This document shows, one piece after another, positions 39,644-51,934 of a DNA stretch of 64,000 nt. Positions within the stretch are counted from its first letter, which is position 1. The number at the start of each line of letters is the position of its first letter. The stretch covers positions 12,695,508 through 12,759,507 of the forward strand of contig NC_057720.1 in assembly GCF_004010195.1 (NCBI RefSeq). The letters run 5' to 3'. A program made the translations under genes and the position numbers. The notes beneath the pieces are model-generated. The model was given only the letters and a program-made list of their open reading frames with translations, ran no database searches and was not told the DNA's origin. This DNA is from Chiloscyllium plagiosum. Lineage: Eukaryota.

Positions 39644-39929
39644 AACACACACCCACACACAGACACACACACACACACACACAGGCAAACACACACACAC
39701 CCACACACAGACACACACACACAGACATACACATAGACACAGACACACCCACACACAGACACACACACACACACACACAGGCAAACACACACACACAAAG
39801 ACGGACACACACACAGACACACACAGACACACACACAGACAGACACAGACACAGACATATACACACAGATACACGCACACAGACACACACACAGACAGAT
39901 GCAGACACACACACACAGACACAGACACA
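39644..39929. repeat. Imperfect (CA)n/(GACA) microsatellite
   Basis: Seen directly. Confidence 0.95.
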
Positions 39930-40281
39930 TTGCCTTTGCGGATGACTCTATGAGATGGGGGGAATCAGTCTCGTTCCGTATCAGATACAAAGCGTCAGTC
40001 TCGCTCATTGCTCACAATAACCCTGGCATCTGTGCCCCTGCTCTTTAAAACTCAAAAGGAAGTTGTTCCCCTCCAAATCTCCAGCCAAATATTGCTGTCA
40101 CCCGTTGAAGTATTTCCTTTACGGCAAATTAATTTAGCTTCTTACTTTTTATGTTCAGAATTGGTCGTTACAGTGATTGTTAGTCATTTGTAACTAATAT
40201 TTTGGTGTGAAATTATTGCAGAAATCAAAAACCTGAGGTAAGTTCTTTGGCATGGATTTTTTTTATTTGATTAAGGAAACT

Positions 40282-40337
<56 letters not shown>

Positions 40338-40695
40338 CCTATCTACCTATCCATCCACTTATCTATCTATCTATCAATCTATGTAGCCCCCTAGGGGAAA
40401 GACCGAAAAGGGACCTAAGAGGTAACATTTTCAGTGGTGGGCGTTTGGAATGAGTTGTCAGAGGAAGTGGTGGAGTCAGCTACAATTACAGCATTTAAAA
40501 GGCATCTGGATTGTCACATAAATAGAAAGGGTTTAGATAAATTTAGCTGGTAAATGGACCTGATTAAATCAGGATATCTGGTCAGCATGGACAAGTTGGA
40601 CTGAAGGGTCTGTTTCCGTGGTGTACAACTCTCTCTTTATCTATCTATCTATCTAGCTATCTATCTATCTATCTATATATCTATTTTTTATCTAT
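40282..40695. repeat. (TCTA)n tracts flanking a CR1 tail fragment
   Basis: Tracts at about 40282-40380 and 40638-40695. Confidence 0.9.
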
Positions 40696-40961
40696 CGCAA
40701 TTCTGTGTATTCAGTAAACATATTATCAACTTTATTGTGTTAATGTGTTTTTTTTAAGTTGTGGGGTAAAATTTGACTTGACAAAGATCCAAAATGAACT
40801 GTATTTGTGTTTCAGTTGAGCTAAGTATCACACTGGGTTCTAAGCTGCTGATAGATAGGATACTTCTGGTGCTGTCTCTCTGTCAAAGTGGTATCCATCA
40901 CCCCTCCCCTAGGTGTCCAATGTAAAACTGTGCCCTTGTTAATGTCTTGTCTCGGTTTCAG

Positions 40962-41017
40962 ACCATCATAATGGACGATATTGCAGGATGAATTTTGACA
41001 AGACAGGCCTCTCCTGA
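40962..41017 (+). other. PTGFR: 5' UTR part of the PTGFR coding exon (acceptor AG at 40960-40961)
   Basis: The pyrimidine-rich sequence tcttgtctcggtttcag lies 56 nt upstream of the ATG. Mammalian PTGFR also has its ATG in exon 2. Confidence 0.65.
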
Positions 41018-41797
41018 ATGATGCTTCACATCGACATCATCGCAAATGCATCAACCAACAACACCTGTGCCGATGAGTCGAGATCCGTTCACATCCCAAT
41101 TATCTTCATGACTATTGGCGTCCTCTCCAATGGTGTTGCTCTGGTCATTCTGGTGAAGGCCTATAAAAGGTTCAGACAGAAATGGAGAGCATCCTTCCTG
41201 CTGTTTGCCAGCGGACTGGTCTGCACAGACTGCTTGGGCCATATCATCACTGGTTCCATAACCATCAGGGTGTATGCCATGAACAAAAACTGGGCAAGGA
41301 TTGACTCCTCGGGACATCTCTGCCCATTTTTAGGAACCAGCATGGTTTTCTTTGGCCTCTCAGCCTTATTCCTTGGCAGCGTCATGGCAATTGAACGGTG
41401 CCTGGGCATCACTCAGCCCCTTTTTCATTCTGCCAAGGTGACTTCACGCCGTGTCATGTTTATCCTGGGTGGCACTTGGCTGTTTGCCCTGGTAATCGCT
41501 TTGCTCCCTGTTCTCCAATTTGGAAAATATACAGTTCAATGCACTCAGACCTGGTGCTTCCTAAACACAAAGGACATCAAGTTTGGGGTGGACAGTGGAA
41601 TTCTGCTCCTGTTCTCGTCCTTGGGATTGACTGCTCTCAGCATTTCCTTCCTGTGCAACACCATTAGTGGCATGGCTCTGGTGAGAAATCACATGAAGAA
41701 CAAGCTCAACAGACAAGGGAAATCACACCATGTAGAAATGTTGGTCCAATTAATGACCATAATGCTTGTCTCCTGTGTTTGTTGGGGTCCATTCCTG
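41018..41797 (+). CDS. PTGFR: Prostaglandin F2-alpha receptor (FP), first coding exon, TM1 to TM6 (260 codons); the rest of the gene is probably beyond the window
   Basis: The translation has FP-specific motifs: IFMTIGVLSN, KAYKRFRQK..ASFLL.ASGLV.TD..GH, GSVMAIERC, TWCF, RQGKSHH.EM..QL, CWGPFL. The similarity ends at CTG|GTAAGC (donor at 41798), the phase-0 TM6 intron position typical of prostanoid receptors. ORF-track residues after 41797 are intron read-through. Confidence 0.93.
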
Positions 41798-43204
41798 GTA
41801 AGCCAACCTATCTATACTGTGTCTTCTGGCACCAAATACTTACTTCCAAATATTTACCATCACTGATGAACACCTTTGTGTAAAATCTTTCCCTTTTTAA
41901 AAATGTTATTGTTGTTATAAAGCCCTTTGACAACCAAATCTGAAAAGTGGATTAACAATGGTTATGTTATGTGCATTATATTTTATACACAAATGCATAA
42001 GCAAGTGCACTACCAAGAATATTAACTGAATATTAATTGCGTTTATGTTAATATTTCATGGCTAGTTATATAAGAATCTGTTGAGCTTTAAGTTGGCCTA
42101 AAAGGCAAGTTCAAAATTCATAATTAGCAAAGTTGAGTGAATTCATTTTCTTATTAAATAATCTTTAGGTAAATGATGTGCCTTTATATCATTTGATAGG
42201 AAATCATTGAACCACTTTTGTGTGTTTACAATATTTCAGGACCAGTTTGCATCTATCAATCAGTCAATGTATTTTGTATTTTTGGACAGAATGTGTAGTA
42301 GGAAATTGCCAGTGATGGAAGGCTATGCCATTTTATAACTGCAGTCAAACATTAATACTCTTTATTTTAATAGCTGAATTATTCAGTATTTTAGCAACTA
42401 TATGGAGTGTCCGTACCCTCTACTACCCACTTAAATATTAATCCAATTTCCTTGCATCTGTTCCCATGGGCTCTCTTAATACTCCCTTTGAGCATGATCA
42501 TCACACTCAGTAATGAGCAACGACATCTAAATCCTCTGTCCTCCTTCCCTCTTCAGTACTTTTCCCCATGTCCCTGGTCTGGAAGTTTGCAACAATCCTA
42601 CACATAGATTTAATTCCATTAATAAGCTTGAATACTTCAATAAAATGTTCCATTTCTCAACTGTATGTGTGGCTGCAGTGGTGGTGCGCACACATAATGT
42701 ACAGACCTTTGAAAAAGGAAGACTTATTTAGTATGTGAAAGTCAAATGAAGGGGTTACAACAATAATTTGCACAAACAGTGGTGCCTTCAGAAAAAAAAA
42801 GTTCTGAGATATTTACTTTTTGCCAGTTTAGAGCATTCTGAACAAAAGGTGCAAAGCAAAGATTTCTGGAATATGTTCTTTCAATTTAAAAATTACCATG
42901 AGATTACAAGTAAGCCTCTGTTAGTACTATTGCACAATAATCCTAGATTGTACACACACGCACAGACCTACTGTTTGACTTTAAACTCAAGCAATTATAA
43001 AGAAGAAACCTAATATGCGTGAACTCTTTGGCAGTGAATGAATGTAGCTTTCTTACTGAGAGTGAATTACATTTCCTTCCTGACTCTCTTTTTAATACGT
43101 CTTTTGCATATTTTTTCCCAGGAGTGTGCCTTGGGAGGTATATTGACAGGATGTTATTTTGTTTAAAGATTATTAGATTGCTCTGTGGACAGCAATGGCA
43201 AGGC

Positions 43205-43835
43205 TAAAAACAAAAAAAAACCCCGGAAATCGCTGGAGAAACTTTGCTGGTCTGACAGGATCTGTGGAGAGAAAGCAGAGTTAACACTTTGAATACAGTT
43301 TGAAAACAGTTGGGAAAAGAAACAAACAAAACTGCAGATGCTGTAAAGGAATGCAGGGTTCTGAGAAAGGGCCACTTGAGCCAAAGTGTTAACTCTGATT
43401 TCTTTCCACAGATGTTGCCAGACCTGCTGAGCGTTTCCGGCAATTCCCATTTTTGAAAACAGTTTGCTTTTACACAGATGCTCCATATATGCTGCCAGAC
43501 CTGCTGAGCATTTCCAGCAATTCCTGTTTTTGCTTCTGATTTCCAGCAGCTGTGGTTTTTATTTTGCTTTTATGTGTCCCATGTTGTTGCAAATAAATCA
43601 CACTGATATCCAAACATCACGTACCTTCTCTATGTTATAATTTTCTTCAACTAGAAAATCTGCCTTCTCGCTAAATTCAGCCTCCTGTCTATTCTTCTTG
43701 CTGCCCCATTGGTTTCCATATGCCACGTGGCAAGTACTGTGGAAGGGTCACCGGAGCTGAAACATTAACTCTGATTTCTCTCCACAGTTGCTGCCAGACC
43801 TGCTGAGCTTTTCCAGCAATTTCTGTTTTTGTTTT
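43205..43835. mobile_element. Cluster of degenerate family-C elements
   Basis: Repeated ttaactctgatttctctccacagatg.tgccagacctgctgagc in both orientations. Confidence 0.65.
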
Positions 43836-44209
43836 TGACAAATGCTTCGCTGTCTTTGAGAATAATTACATGCATCTGCCAGAACTGATGCCTCTTTAAC
43901 TCTAGACACTTTATGCACAATAAACTAGATACAATCGTAGGGATCTTCTACTTTGCGAACATTAACTGGGCTCACCTGAGTGTGAGAGAGTTAGAGGGGT
44001 TGCATTTTCAAAGTCCACCCAAGGCAGTCTTTTTTTGTGCCAGTATGTAGGAAGTCCTACAGGAGATGGGGCAGTGCTCGACTTAATACTAGGGATGAAG
44101 CCAATCAAGTTGTTGAAGTGTCAATGGGAGAATTGAGAAAGTGACCATAACTCTAACTTTCAAAGTCATTATAAAATAAGAATAAGGATAGAGCAGAGGT
44201 TATGTGTCT

Positions 44210-47200
44210 ACATAGAACATAGAACACAGAACATTACAGTGCAGTACAGGCCCTTCAGCCCTCGATGTTGTGCCGACCAGTCATAGCAATCTGAAGCTCA
44301 TCTAACCTACACTATTCCATGTACGTCCATATGTTTGTCCAATGACGACTTAAATGCATTTAAACTTGGCGAATCTCCTACCGTTGCAGGCAAAACATTC
44401 CATACCCTTACTACTCTCTGAGTAAAGAAACTACCTCTGACATCTGTCCTATATCTATCACCCCTCAATTCAAAGCTATGCCCCCTCGTGCTCGCCATCT
44501 ACATATTTAGAAAAAGGCTCTCCCTGTCCACCCTATCTAACCCTCTGATTATCTTATATGTCTCTATTAAGTCATCTCTCAACCTTCTTCTCTCCAACGA
44601 AAACAGCCTCAAGTCCCTCAGCCTTTCCTCAAAAGACCTCCCCTCCATACCAGTCAACATCCCAGTAAATCTCCTCTGAACCCTTTCCAAAGCTTCCACA
44701 TCCTTCTTATAATGCGGTGACCAGAACTGTACACAATACTCCAAGTGCAGCCGCACCAGTGTTTTGTACAGCTGTAGCATAACCTCATGACTCCGGAACT
44801 CGATCCCTCTATTAATAAAAGCTAAAACACTGTATGCCTTCTAACAATCCTGTCAACCTGGGTGGCAACTTTCAAGGATCTTTGAGGGTGCATACATGAG
44901 AATCAGTGGTCGGCACAACATCGTGGGCTGAAGGGCCTGTTCTGTGCTGTACTGTTCTATGTTCTATGTTCTATCTGTGTACCTGGACACCGAGATCTCT
45001 CTGCTCATCTACACTACCAAGAACCTTACCATTAGCCAGAACCTTACCATTAGCCCAGTACTTTGCATTCCGGTTACTCCGACCAAAGTGAATCACCTCA
45101 CTCTTATCTGCATTAAACTCCATTTGTCACCTCTCAGCCCAGCTCTGCAGCTTATCTATGTCTCTCTGTAACCTACAACACCCTTCGTCACTATCCACAG
45201 CTCCACTGACCTTAGTGTCGTCTGCAAATTTACTAACCCACCCTTCCACGCCCTCATCCAGGTCATTTATAAAAATGATGAACAGTCTAAATTGGGGAAG
45301 GCTGATTTCAATATCATTCGACAAGATCTGGCAAATATAGATTGGGAGCAGCTATTTGCAGATAAGTCTACATTTGTAGTATGGTGAGAATTCAGGGCCA
45401 GCACATTCCTCTAAGAGTGAAGGGCAAGGGTAACAAGTCCATCAAGGGATATTATGAATTTGATAATAAAAAGAAGTATATGTCAGGTAGAGCACATTAA
45501 AAACAGGAAAGCTCTTCAAAAATACAGAGTGGACAGTTACTTAAAAAGGAAGTTTGGAATGTAAAGAAATACTTTTGCCAGAAAGGATAAAGGAAAACCC
45601 CAAGACATTTTATAAGTATTTTAAGAGCAAGAGGATAGCTGGAGAAAGAGTAGACCCTATTCAAGACCAAAGGGACAATATGGACATGGAACCAAAAGAT
45701 AGTGGTGAGGTCTTAAAGGAATACTTCATCTGTGTTCACATTGTAGCTGGGAATTTTACTTGGGATGGTGAAATTCTGGAACACGTTAAGATTAATAAGG
45801 TGGGAGTATTCGATGTTTTACAAGGCATGCAGGGGAATAAATCCCCTGTGTCCAATGTAATGTATCTCAGGCTGCTATGGGAGTCAAAGGAGGAGATTGC
45901 TGGGCCCAGATAGAGATATTTAATACTTTGCTGGCCAGAGGTAAAGTGCCAAAAGACTGAAGGATAGCTAATGTAGTTCCTTTGATCAAGAAGGGCAGGA
46001 GGAAGAGACCAGGTTATTGCAGACCAGCGAGGCTGATGTCAGTGATATGGAAGTTATTGGAAAAAGTTCTGAGAAGCAGGATTAGTCAACACTTGTAAAT
46101 GGGATTACTGTAGTTTGGTGTTTGCTGGTTGGCATAGTCATGATGGGCTGAAGGGCCTTTTCAACGCTGTCTGACTCTATGATTCTATGAAATAGGACTT
46201 AATCTGAGTTCTTCCATTTTCACAATTTCACTCAGATTTTCAAAGGTTTGCTCTAACTTCAATGAATGGCACCATCAATTCCATCATGTTCATTTTACCC
46301 CAGTGAAATCAGCAAATGTCTGTTTGAGTGTGTTTTGACATTACTGCACTAACCTTACCTGGTAGACATCAGGAATTATCTAATTGATATTAATGTCATG
46401 GTTTCAGTCATCTCAAAATTTAAGAGCTGCTCTTGTGAATGATCAAACTTTGTCAATCAGGACATATTGCAGCTTAAATGTCCATGAGTTCTTTGGCCTC
46501 TTCACTTGTTTTGCAACTTTCTCAAATGAAAGAAAATATCTCACTATCCCTTCTTCCATTCAGGAATGAAACAAAGATTGTTGATGAAATCAAACATCTG
46601 AATCAGATTTCCCTTGTCATCCGCTGGACTTTCTTTCAGCTCACATCCTTAGCTGCTCCCCACAGACATTAATGACATAGTGGGTTATGAAATCTCAAGG
46701 GATCACAATTCTTCACTTTTGCAGATGTGGCCTTTAACTGTTTTACAAGAGATGTTCTGTCATTGACTGCTTCAATGAATGTTCCGGTGTGATCAATCAC
46801 TCTTCTTTTCTATGATCTGTTAGAGTCATAGAGTCATGGAGATGTACAGCATGGAAACGGACCCTTCGGTCTAACAATAGACAATAGGTGCAGGAGTAGG
46901 CCATTCTGCCCTTCGAGCCTGCACCACCATTCATTATGATCATGGCTGATCATCCTTAATCAGTATCCTGTTCCTGCCTTATCTCCATAACCCTTGATTC
47001 CACTATCTTTGAGAGCTCTATCCAACTCTTTCTTAAGTGAACCCAGAGACTGGGCCTCCACTGCCTTCTGGGGCAAAGCATTTCACACAGCCACCACTCT
47101 CTGGGTGAAGAAGTTTCTCCTCATCTCTGTCCTAAATGATCTACCCCGTATTTTTAAGCTGTGTCCTCTGGTTCAGCACTCACCCATCAGCGGAAACATG

Positions 47201-48015
47201 TTTCCTGCCTCCAAAGTGTCCAATCCTTTAATAATCTTACATGTCTCAATCAGATCCCCTCTCAGTCTTCTAAACTCAAGGGTACACAAGCCCAGTCGCT
47301 CCAGTCTTTCAGTGTAAGGTAATCCCGCCATTCCAGGAATTGACCTCGTGAACCTACGCTGCACTCCCTCAAAAGCCAGAATGTCTTTCCTCAAATTTGG
47401 AGACCAGAACCGCACACAATACTCCAGGTGTGGTCTCACCAGGGCCCTGTACAGCTGCAGAAGGACCTCTTTGCTTCTATACTCAATCCCTCTTGTTATG
47501 AAGGCCAGCATGCTATTAGCCTTCTTCACTACCTGCTGTACCTGCATGCTTACCTTCATTGAGTGGTGTACAAGAACCCCCAGATCTCTCTGTACTGCCC
47601 CTTTACCTAAATTGATTCCACTTAGGTGGTAATCTGCCTTCCTGTTCTTGCCACCAAAGTGGATAAGGATCCATTTATCCACGTGAAAGTGCATCTGCCA
47701 TGCATCTGAGCACTCACCTAACTTGTCCAGGTCACCCTGTAATCTCCTAACATCCTCATTACATTTCACCCTGCCACCAGCTTAGTATCATCAGCAATTT
47801 GCTAATGTTATTGCAAATACCATCTTCTATATCATTAATATATATTGTAAAAAGCTGCAGTCCCAGCACTGATCTCTGCGGTACCCCGCTGGTCACTGCC
47901 TGCCATTCCAAAATGGAGCCGTTTATCACTACTCTTTGTTTCCTATCAGCCCACTACATCTACTGGATCTCCCTCGTCCATCTTCAGAGTTACATCCTCA
48001 AAAAATTCCAGAAGA
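44210..48015. mobile_element. Several CR1 fragments (44210-45285 mostly -, 45290-46190 +, 46822-48015 -)
   Basis: [29 protein letters not shown] 47173-47769. Confidence 0.8.
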
Positions 48016-48721
48016 ACTAGTCCATGCTGACCAGATATCCTAAACTAATTGAGTGCTATTTTCCACTTGTAGTCCTAAATTGCAGGCCAGTTAGCTTGGT
48101 TTGTGCCTGAGCTCTAGTCTTGCTCAGTGACATCCAGGGAGTCCTTCTTATGAACTTTTTGACCACCTTACCAGCTGTACTGAAATATTAATGCTCACAG
48201 GTTTCTTCCATGGCCTCTGGCAACACAAAACCAGCAATCTCTCTGTTTGAGTCCTGCCTCCAACACTTAGCTATCTACTAAGTCCTGGAAGTTCCTCCTG
48301 AGTTTTGACAGTACAGAACCATCCTCCTGCTCTCGATTTCTCACTGAGTCCCCTACACAGAATGTTTGTACTTCAGTTAAATTCTTTGCAGTGCAACTAA
48401 CTGCAGTTACTTCTTTACCTCACCTTCTGTCATATTCACTAATTTCTATAATCTTGAACTCCTCTTCGCAAACCCCTGAACTGTCTTGAGTGACACATCG
48501 AAAACTTTCCAATGAGCGGCTCTCCTATTGTTAGGCAGAGTTGAAAGTTACCAACTATTTTCAAATAGTTGAATGCAATACTACAGGAACTGAATTTACC
48601 CTAAAGAGTACGTTCTCATTGAATGCTCAAAATCGCTTTTGTGACAAGTCAGAATCTCCAGGGTTAATAATCGTGGTCTCTGCGGTACTCATTCTGCACA
48701 ATAACCTTTAGAGGTGGGCAA

Positions 48722-48962
48722 AGTTAAAAATCACACAACACCAGGTTATAGTCCAACAGGTTTAATTGGAAGCACACTAGCTTTTGGAGCGACGCTCCTT
48801 CATCAGGTGATTGTCAGGACATCAGGTGATCAGGACAATCACCTGATGAAGGAGCGTTGCTCCGAAAGCTAGTGTGCTTTCAATTAAACCTGTTGGACTA
48901 TAACCTGGTGTTGTGATTTTTAACTTTGTACACCCCAGTCCAACACCGGCATCTCCGAATCA
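48722..48962. mobile_element. Palindromic family-B hammerhead element
   Basis: Arms at about 48722-48815 and 48834-48925 are near-perfect inverted copies. TSD ttagaggtggg(c/t)aa at 48708-48721 and 48963-48976. Confidence 0.85.
48840..48874 (+). ncRNA. Hammerhead motif, family B, intact, sense to PTGFR
   Basis: cac-ctgatga-a-ggagc(gtt)gctcc-gaaa-gc-ta-gtg. Confidence 0.75.
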
Positions 48963-50363
48963 TTAGAGGTGGGTAATGTTGCTCATTCTTCATATACACA
49001 GAGGCAATCCAAACATGCTTTGTGCGATCTTGCTGTTGTGATGGGTGTGGAGAGAGTATAAGTTGGGCAGACCAGAACTAGAGGCTGTTATTATGAGTCA
49101 CCATGATCACTGTAATGATAGAATTACAGCCTATTGCACCCATCTCGACCGTCTGAAGAGCATCCCACCAGGACACTGCGCCCTACACTATCCCTGTAGC
49201 CCTGCATTTCCCCAGGCTAATCCACCAAGCCTGCACATCCCTGGACACTAGGGACAATTTAACATGGGCAATCCACCTAGCCTGTATATCTTTGGACTGT
49301 GGGAGGAAACCAGAGCAAACCCACACAGAGAATATGTAAGCTCCACACAAACAGTCACTTGAGGCTGGAATTGAACCCAAGTCCCTGGTGTTGTGAGGTA
49401 GCTGTGCTAACCACTGAGCCACTGTGTTGCCCTCATTAATAAATCAATAAGGAGTCCAAGTAGAAAGATCTTTCTGTAAAGGGTGGTGAGAAGATGCAAC
49501 TTGCTTCACAAAGATTAGTGACGGTGAATAGCATAGGTGCCTTTAAGGGGAAGTGAGCTAAGTACGGGATGGGGACAGGACTAAGATGATACACTGATCG
49601 GGTGAGATAAAGAATGATAGAAGGAATTGTTGAAGTTAATTTTTTCATAAAATAATCTCAGGAGTCTCAGGCACAGGTTTAATGATCATTTATTGAGTCA
49701 ATGTGAGGAAAGGACTATCGCAGAAAACATTCTGAGGACAGACTCTGCCAGTGAGAGAGAAACATTAAATATTTATACATTGTAAATCACTTAGACAATC
49801 ATTCTGTTTCAGCCAAATAATTTGATTCCCACATATCTTGGATTGTGTACGTTGTATATCAAAAATGGTATAAACTCTCTGGCCTTAATCAGCCCCCCTT
49901 ATCTTCTATGTGCCTATCTCAGCCTTAAATTCTTCATTGTCATGGCTGGCACTCTGCTATTTTGGGATGGCATGGTGGCATAGTGGTTAGCACTGCAGCC
50001 TTGCAGTACCAGGGACCCAGGTTCAATTCCAGCCTCAGGTGACTGTCTGTGTGGAGTTTGCATGTTCTCCCCGTGTCTGTGTAGGTTTCCTTCCACAGTC
50101 CAAAGATGTGCAGGTCCAGTGGATTGGCCGTGCTAAATTGCCCATAGTGTTCAGTGCATTAGTGAGAGGGAAATGGATCTGGGTGGGTTAATCTTTGGAG
50201 GGTCAGTGTGGACTTGTTGGGCTGAAGGGCCTGTTTCCACACTCTGGGGAATCTAATCTATTTCAGCAGCATTTTGAATTTGCTTGCATTGTTAATTTTT
50301 TTCTTGACAACCTGTCTTGAATAAGAAACAAAGAATCTTAGAAATCAGGCGTAACTAAATTCC

Positions 50364-50562
50364 CAAATAAAAAGCTGCAACGCTGGAAATCAGAAACAAC
50401 GAAAGAAATTGCTAGAAAAGCTCAGCAGGTCTGGCAACATGTATGACGAGAAATCAGAGTTAATGTTTCAGGTCCAGTGACACTTCATTAGAAACGAGGA
50501 GTTTGATTTCTCTCCATAGATGCTGCCAGACTCGCTGAGCTTTTCCAGCAATTTCTGTTTTT
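50364..50562. mobile_element. Palindromic family-C element
   Basis: Perfect TSD gtaactaaattcc at 50351-50363 and 50563-50575. Confidence 0.75.
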
Positions 50563-51934
50563 GTAACTAAATTCCTTTCTGTTTTCTCATGTCATTGCTA
50601 ATGCCATCTTAAGAGTTTCTTAATCTTTCCCAAATAAATTGATTTGGGGTTAACCCATACCACACTCAATATTTTTCTTTTACAGAAAGTTATCACCAGC
50701 ATAGACTGAAGGGACTGAATGGCCTGTTTCAGTGCTGTATGTTCTATATAACACACAGTCGGAATAGAAATCATAGCTATCTCGCCTGTATTTCGTTAAT
50801 ATATTACTCTCATGTACAAATTAAAACTGTATCCTCTACCAAACTTTGTGTCCCTTCAAAGCTATTCCACTCTTTGGAATGGTTTCTATATTCTCTCTCT
50901 ACTAAACTGAAGACATTAAGATCTTGAAAGATCAGGGATTTGAGTCCCAGGTCCACAATTTCCATTCCATTCCACAAAGCAATAAATTTTACCCAGCAAG
51001 CACATGACTTTTTCAGAACCCTGAAGCAAACACTGGCTTTTGTCAAAGTTAAGTCAACGGCACTGGTTTCAAAAAGAAACACTGATCCATTTTTTTTTGT
51101 GCTGTGGCGGTTTTGATTTTGGGGTTTACTCGAATTGCATTTACGCCTTTATTAAAACAGGGAACTAGAGAATTTTACACAAAGAATTTGCACTTATATA
51201 GGTCCAGCTTTTAAAGTGCCCAAAATTGCTTTCCAACCATTGTCATACCCCTGAGGTGGTGCCACTGCTGCAGTGCAGAAAATGGACTGACAAATCTCAC
51301 AGTCAACAATGAGATGAATTGTATTTTGCTGATGCATTTGAGGGATAATTACTGGACCGAATATGTACTCTGTTCCTCTAAATAATGTAATGGGACCTTT
51401 TATAGGGTAAGGGTACACAGAGCCTCAGTTTAGTGTCTGATTGAGAGACACGCACTCCATCTGTACTGCATTGGAATAGCAGCCTGGATTATGTAGTCAA
51501 GTGTGTGAAATGTGATTTAAACCTAAGAAGCTGATGTATTGCTACTAAGTCATAGCTAGTATTGCCATCACCTACAATCGATTCTTTATTAACAGAGCTT
51601 AATATGCCTGACAGTCTCTGCTTACTTCTTTTACTTATTCATCAGATCTGGCGTCACTAGCGTTTTTGGACCATCCCTAATTGTTCTTGTGAAGATGGTA
51701 GTATATATTGCCTATGTGAATTATAACAGTCCTTGGGATGTCGGGACACCCGCAGTTGCTGTTGGGGAGGGAGTTCCAGGATTTTGATCCAGCGAAAGTA
51801 AAGGATGTCATTGCAAATAGGGTTGGTGTGTGGTTGGGAGGGGAACTTTCATGTGGGTGGTGTTCTCTTGAATCTTTGGCCTTCTGAATGGTAGAGATTG
51901 TGAGCATGAAATGTGCTGTTGATGGCTTGTTGTG

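Noticed and set aside
39580..40008. Cys/Val-rich ORFs (also 24462-25139, 35001-35270, 38224-38638)
   Set aside because: These are translations of microsatellites.
41798..41866. C-terminal 22 aa of the 282-aa ORF as a truncated six-TM receptor
   Set aside because: It follows a canonical donor at the conserved intron position, so it is intron read-through.
48722..48962. DNA-transposon MITE interpretation of the palindromes
   Set aside because: The arms match Penelope termini, the ends are asymmetric, and TSD lengths vary (11-16 bp), unlike the fixed-length TSDs of DDE transposons.
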